Shown piece after piece: positions 6,885 through 10,038 of a DNA stretch of 10,038 bases. Below the pieces are notes generated by a model, which made no database searches, was not told where the DNA came from, and was given only the letters and a program-made list of their open reading frames with translations. This DNA comes from a virus. Taxonomy: Duplodnaviria > Heunggongvirae > Uroviricota > Caudoviricetes. The position numbers were made by a program, and so were the translations under genes. Position 1 is the stretch's first letter; each line of letters opens with the position of its first letter. The DNA is taken from the IMG/VR virus record IMGVR_UViG_2711768004_000011. One strand, written 5' to 3'.

Positions 6885-8717
6885 ATGGCCCGCATGTTTG
6901 ATACATTAGGATTTTACATTATGAATGTGCAACATTTTGATTTTTTTACAGATAATGAGTTTTCTAATCTGGAAAGATATCAAACTTGTAAAGCCATGGC
7001 CAAAGGTTATGCGGGCAATTACAAAACCGGGCAGTCAAGGTTGATGCATGCCCGCTCATACTGCTTCAGCATCGTAGCTGCATATTGGGATACCCTTGCA
7101 AAAAAGCAAAAAAGCAGCATTAAAATGAGGGCAGTACCGCACACTGTTTACATAGAAGACATTCCATGTGATGCACGCGAGCTCGCTGAACGAACAGGTG
7201 AGCTTATTGCTCAATTTCCGGCGGAGGACGCTGGATATCTGATTGGGTCAATTTATACGGTAATGCTGCCATCCGCTTACCGTTCGGAATTGGGGGCTTA
7301 CTATACCCCCCCACCTTTGGTAGCGCGTCTCTTGGACCTGGCTGAAAAGTCTGGTGTTGATTTTTCTCATGCATCGGTTATTGATCCTGCGTGTGGTGGC
7401 GGTGCATTTTTGGCACCAGTAGCCATTCGAATGTTAAAAAAAGACAAGGGGTCTTCCCCTGAATGGATGTTGAGGAGAATCAGTCGTCGTTTAAAGGGGA
7501 TAGAGATCGATCCATTTGCGGCTTGGATGAGTTTGGTATTGCTCGAATCTGTACTAATGCCACTATGTGTAAAGGTAAAACGTAGATTGCCTGAAGATAC
7601 AATTATTGTTGCTGATGCGCTTCAGCAAGATAAATTTTCTGGTTATGATCTTGTGGTAGGGAATCCGCCTTACGGACGTGTCACTCTCGATATTAAAACG
7701 AGAGAAAAATATTCTCGTTCGTTATTTGGTCATGCAAATCTATATGGATTGTTCACCGACTTAGCTGTTCGCATGGTTAAAGAGAAAACAGGAGTTATTG
7801 CATTTCTTACGCCAACTTCTTTTCTTGGTGGGCAGTATTTCACCGCGCTGCGAACCCTTTTGACCGAAAAAACTACTCCGTATGCCCTTGATTTCGTCAC
7901 TGACAGGGATGGGGTCTTTGACGATGTTCTCCAGGAAACAATGTTGACAGCATTCAAGGCGGGAGAACATAAAGTTCGGGCCCAGGTATCCTCACTTGTC
8001 CCTAAGGGGTTGAACAAAGCAAAAATTGAGAAAATAGGTAATGTTGATATAGAAAAAGGTGGAGCAACGTGGCTTTTGCCACGCGTTAAAGATGATGCCT
8101 GTTTTCTTAATGTATTAAAACAGATGTCTACGCGTTTAGCTGATCTGGGATACTCAGTCTCTACAGGTCAGTTAGTCTGGAATCGATTTAAGTCGCAGTT
8201 GCGTACGACGAAAGGAAAAAATAGCTACCCATTAGTCTGGGCGGAATCAATAACTTCAGCTGGTTTTCGTTTTAGTGCAGACAGAAAAAATCATGTTCCC
8301 TATATCGATATAACCCCACAACAGGGTTTCCTTGTGACAAAATCTGAATGTGTGCTTGTTCAGCGGACAACATCGAAGGAACAGGACAGAAGGATTTTAG
8401 CGGCAATTTTACCTCAGGGATTTATAGATGAAACTGGTGGCGTAGTAGTTGAAAACCATATTAATATTGTATATTCAAACGGATTGTTCTCTGCGGTTCG
8501 CCCTGATGTTATTGATATGCTACTTAATTCGCATGTTGTCGATCGGGCGTTCAGGTGTATAAGCGGAAGTGTTGCTGTTTCGGCCTATGAATTGAATTCA
8601 ATCCCGTTGCCTTCTCTGGAGCAGGTGATGGAGATTCAATCGTTAATTGATGCTGGCGTCCACAGACGGATTATTGAGAGAACTATCGCTGGTTTCTATG
8701 GAGTGATGATTGCATGA
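6885..8717 (+). CDS. gamma-class N6-adenine (amino) DNA methyltransferase, TaqI/Eco57I-like, with C-terminal target-recognition region; start may be ATG 6921
   Basis: Motif X-like GAYYTPPPLVARLL (~7297-7335), motif I VIDPACGGGAFL (~7383-7412) and motif IV VVGNPPYGRV (~7656-7682) occur in gamma-class order. They align with M.TaqI (ETPPEVV / LEPACAHGPFL / LGNPPYG) as I recall it. GC content is markedly lower than in the phage replication genes. Confidence 0.85.
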   Translation: MARMFDTLGFYIMNVQHFDFFTDNEFSNLERYQTCKAMAKGYAGNYKTGQSRLMHARSYCFSIVAAYWDTLAKKQKSSIKMRAVPHTVYIEDIPCDARELAERTGELIAQFPAEDAGYLIGSIYTVMLPSAYRSELGAYYTPPPLVARLLDLAEKSGVDFSHASVIDPACGGGAFLAPVAIRMLKKDKGSSPEWMLRRISRRLKGIEIDPFAAWMSLVLLESVLMPLCVKVKRRLPEDTIIVADALQQDKFSGYDLVVGNPPYGRVTLDIKTREKYSRSLFGHANLYGLFTDLAVRMVKEKTGVIAFLTPTSFLGGQYFTALRTLLTEKTTPYALDFVTDRDGVFDDVLQETMLTAFKAGEHKVRAQVSSLVPKGLNKAKIEKIGNVDIEKGGATWLLPRVKDDACFLNVLKQMSTRLADLGYSVSTGQLVWNRFKSQLRTTKGKNSYPLVWAESITSAGFRFSADRKNHVPYIDITPQQGFLVTKSECVLVQRTTSKEQDRRILAAILPQGFIDETGGVVVENHINIVYSNGLFSAVRPDVIDMLLNSHVVDRAFRCISGSVAVSAYELNSIPLPSLEQVMEIQSLIDAGVHRRIIERTIAGFYGVMIA

Positions 8718-9796
8718 ATCTGCCTGTTGTTCCCCCATTGAATGTTATCCGGGAAAGATTACAATTAATTTTCCCTGAAGGGACTGAGAATCGTGGATAT
8801 TTAATTCGGGAAATAGCTGCAAAAACAATTTTTGTCATGTTTTATGCTGGTGCGGTTGAGGGGCTGGGGCGATGGATAAGGCCCAGCCAGGTTGTAAGTA
8901 TGGGAGATTCGCAGGCTGCTCTTACTGATGATGCGTCCAGAGAAAGCTGGGTAAAGATGACTTTCTCTAAACAAAAGATAAGGCCTGCTGATGCATGGTA
9001 TGCGGAAAATACGCGTGAGCCAATACGTGATGAAACTATAAAAAATGGCCTAATACCTTGCAATGCAATTGTTGAGCGTAAAGGTATACCCACCACATCC
9101 TCTCGTCCTCGTTACAGTTTGAATCGCTCTTTTGCAGCACTCTTTGATGCCGGGCTTGAAGGAGATTCGCTGCTGAGTGCAATAAGTTCCTGGCAAGAAA
9201 ATCATTTGAACAAAGCCGCTCTTGCTAGGTTGCGTTTATTGAAATCAGGGGCAGTGATTGCTGCTGATGCCGTAGTCGTCACTTTCCCAAATGGAGAGAA
9301 GAGAACTTTAGCTCCGGGCCCGTCAAGTACAATAGCTAAGGCCGTCATCGAAGTTTTTGCTCCTAATTTTCTTAAGAATCCAACTGTGCTCTGGTTGTCT
9401 GAATCCGGGAATAAAGTTGTTGCTCAGGATGATGTATTGGCAAAAGCATTGGGGCTGAATATTGATGCCTCAAAAGCACTTCCAGATATTATTTTGATTG
9501 ATTTGGGAGAGGACCGAACGGGTTCGGACATGCTTGTAGTTTTCACTGAAGTAGTTGCGACAGATGGGCCTATAAACAGGGAACGAAAAGTTACTCTCAC
9601 TCATTTGGCTATTGACGCTGGGTTCAGCGAGAAAAATCTTGCATTCCTTACGGCATTTATGGACAGAAGTGCTCTGCCTTTTAAAAAGGCAATACCAGAA
9701 TTGGCGTGGGGATCTTATGCATGGTTTGCTTCTGAACCGGAGCACTTAATTGATCTTCGGGATGGTTATCCGGTAAAGATCAGCCAGAGAAAATGA
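8714..9796 (+). CDS. partner of the methyltransferase: putative restriction endonuclease (possibly BsuBI/PstI-like); function not established
   Basis: 360-aa ORF whose ATG overlaps the MTase stop (ATGA at 8714-8717), with the same low-GC composition. A possible degenerate nuclease core lies at ALPDIILIDLGEDRTGSDMLVVFTEVVATDG. The family assignment is from weak recall, not a search. Confidence 0.5.
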   Translation: MNLPVVPPLNVIRERLQLIFPEGTENRGYLIREIAAKTIFVMFYAGAVEGLGRWIRPSQVVSMGDSQAALTDDASRESWVKMTFSKQKIRPADAWYAENTREPIRDETIKNGLIPCNAIVERKGIPTTSSRPRYSLNRSFAALFDAGLEGDSLLSAISSWQENHLNKAALARLRLLKSGAVIAADAVVVTFPNGEKRTLAPGPSSTIAKAVIEVFAPNFLKNPTVLWLSESGNKVVAQDDVLAKALGLNIDASKALPDIILIDLGEDRTGSDMLVVFTEVVATDGPINRERKVTLTHLAIDAGFSEKNLAFLTAFMDRSALPFKKAIPELAWGSYAWFASEPEHLIDLRDGYPVKISQRK

Positions 9797-9948
9797 CCAA
9801 AGTTTGATATCCGCCACGCCCTGAAGGATGGGGGTTTTACGGTGCACTGGATAAAAAATCGGTTTCATAGATTTGCCCACCGTGGTATACGCCTGCGATA
9901 AAAACTTTATTGTCATCAACGGCAAAAGCAATAATTGTTCTGTGGCGG

Positions 9949-10038
9949 GGTGATGCTGCCAACTTACTGATTTAGTGTATGATGGTGTTTTTGAGGTGCT
10001 CCAGTGGCTTCTGTTTCTATCAGCTGTCCCTCCTGTTC
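9949..10038 (+). mobile_element. IS1 left-end fragment (IRL and start of element); continues beyond the right window edge
   Basis: GGTGATGCTGCCAACTTACTGATTTAGTGTATGATGGTGTTTTTGAGGTGCTCCAGTGGCTTCTGTTTCTATCAGCTGTCCCTCCTGTTC matches the IS1 left terminus as I recall it. It is in the same orientation as the fragment at 1-103. Confidence 0.85.

Noticed and set aside
9818-9838. BoxB-like or terminator-like hairpin GCCCTGAAGGATGGGGGTTTT
   Set aside because: It resembles lambda boxB (GCCCTGAAGAAGGGC) but the stem is only about 3 bp and imperfect, and the location after the R-M-like module is wrong for a nut site. At most a weak terminator.
7730-9931. Minus-strand ORFs 7730-8017, 7761-7970, 8842-9096, 9470-9745 and 9746-9931 within or after the MTase and partner genes
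   Set aside because: Antisense to the motif-supported MTase and its coupled partner. AT-rich DNA readily produces such ORFs by chance.
1-10038. tRNA or other structured RNA genes, including a tRNA-type attachment site
   Set aside because: I found no cloverleaf-compatible segment with a conserved T-loop (GTTCRANYC) context or CCA end by eye. The prophage ends are replaced by IS1, so no att site is expected in this window.

Overview
This window reads as a ~9.8 kb fragment of a lambdoid (Rac-like) enterobacterial prophage, bracketed by two partial IS1 copies in the same orientation (1-103 and 9949-10038). All identifications are from reading the sequence and recalled family motifs; no database search was possible. 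From left to right: two small leftward genes of unknown function; an operator-like palindrome pair and a terminator; a leftward operon of CI-like HTH repressor, small antitoxin and ParE-family toxin (a three-component TA system of the paaR2-paaA2-parE2 type); a divergent operator region; rightward Cro/YdaS-like and YdaT-like regulators; an O-like replication initiator carrying internal iteron-like repeats; a DnaC-like helicase loader interrupted by a 502-N assembly gap; and three small hypothetical genes. The best candidate for an undescribed or accessory system is a low-GC two-gene module at 6885-9796: a gamma-class N6-adenine methyltransferase whose stop overlaps the start of a 360-aa partner with no canonical nuclease motif I can confirm. 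No tRNA, rRNA or CRISPR array was found.
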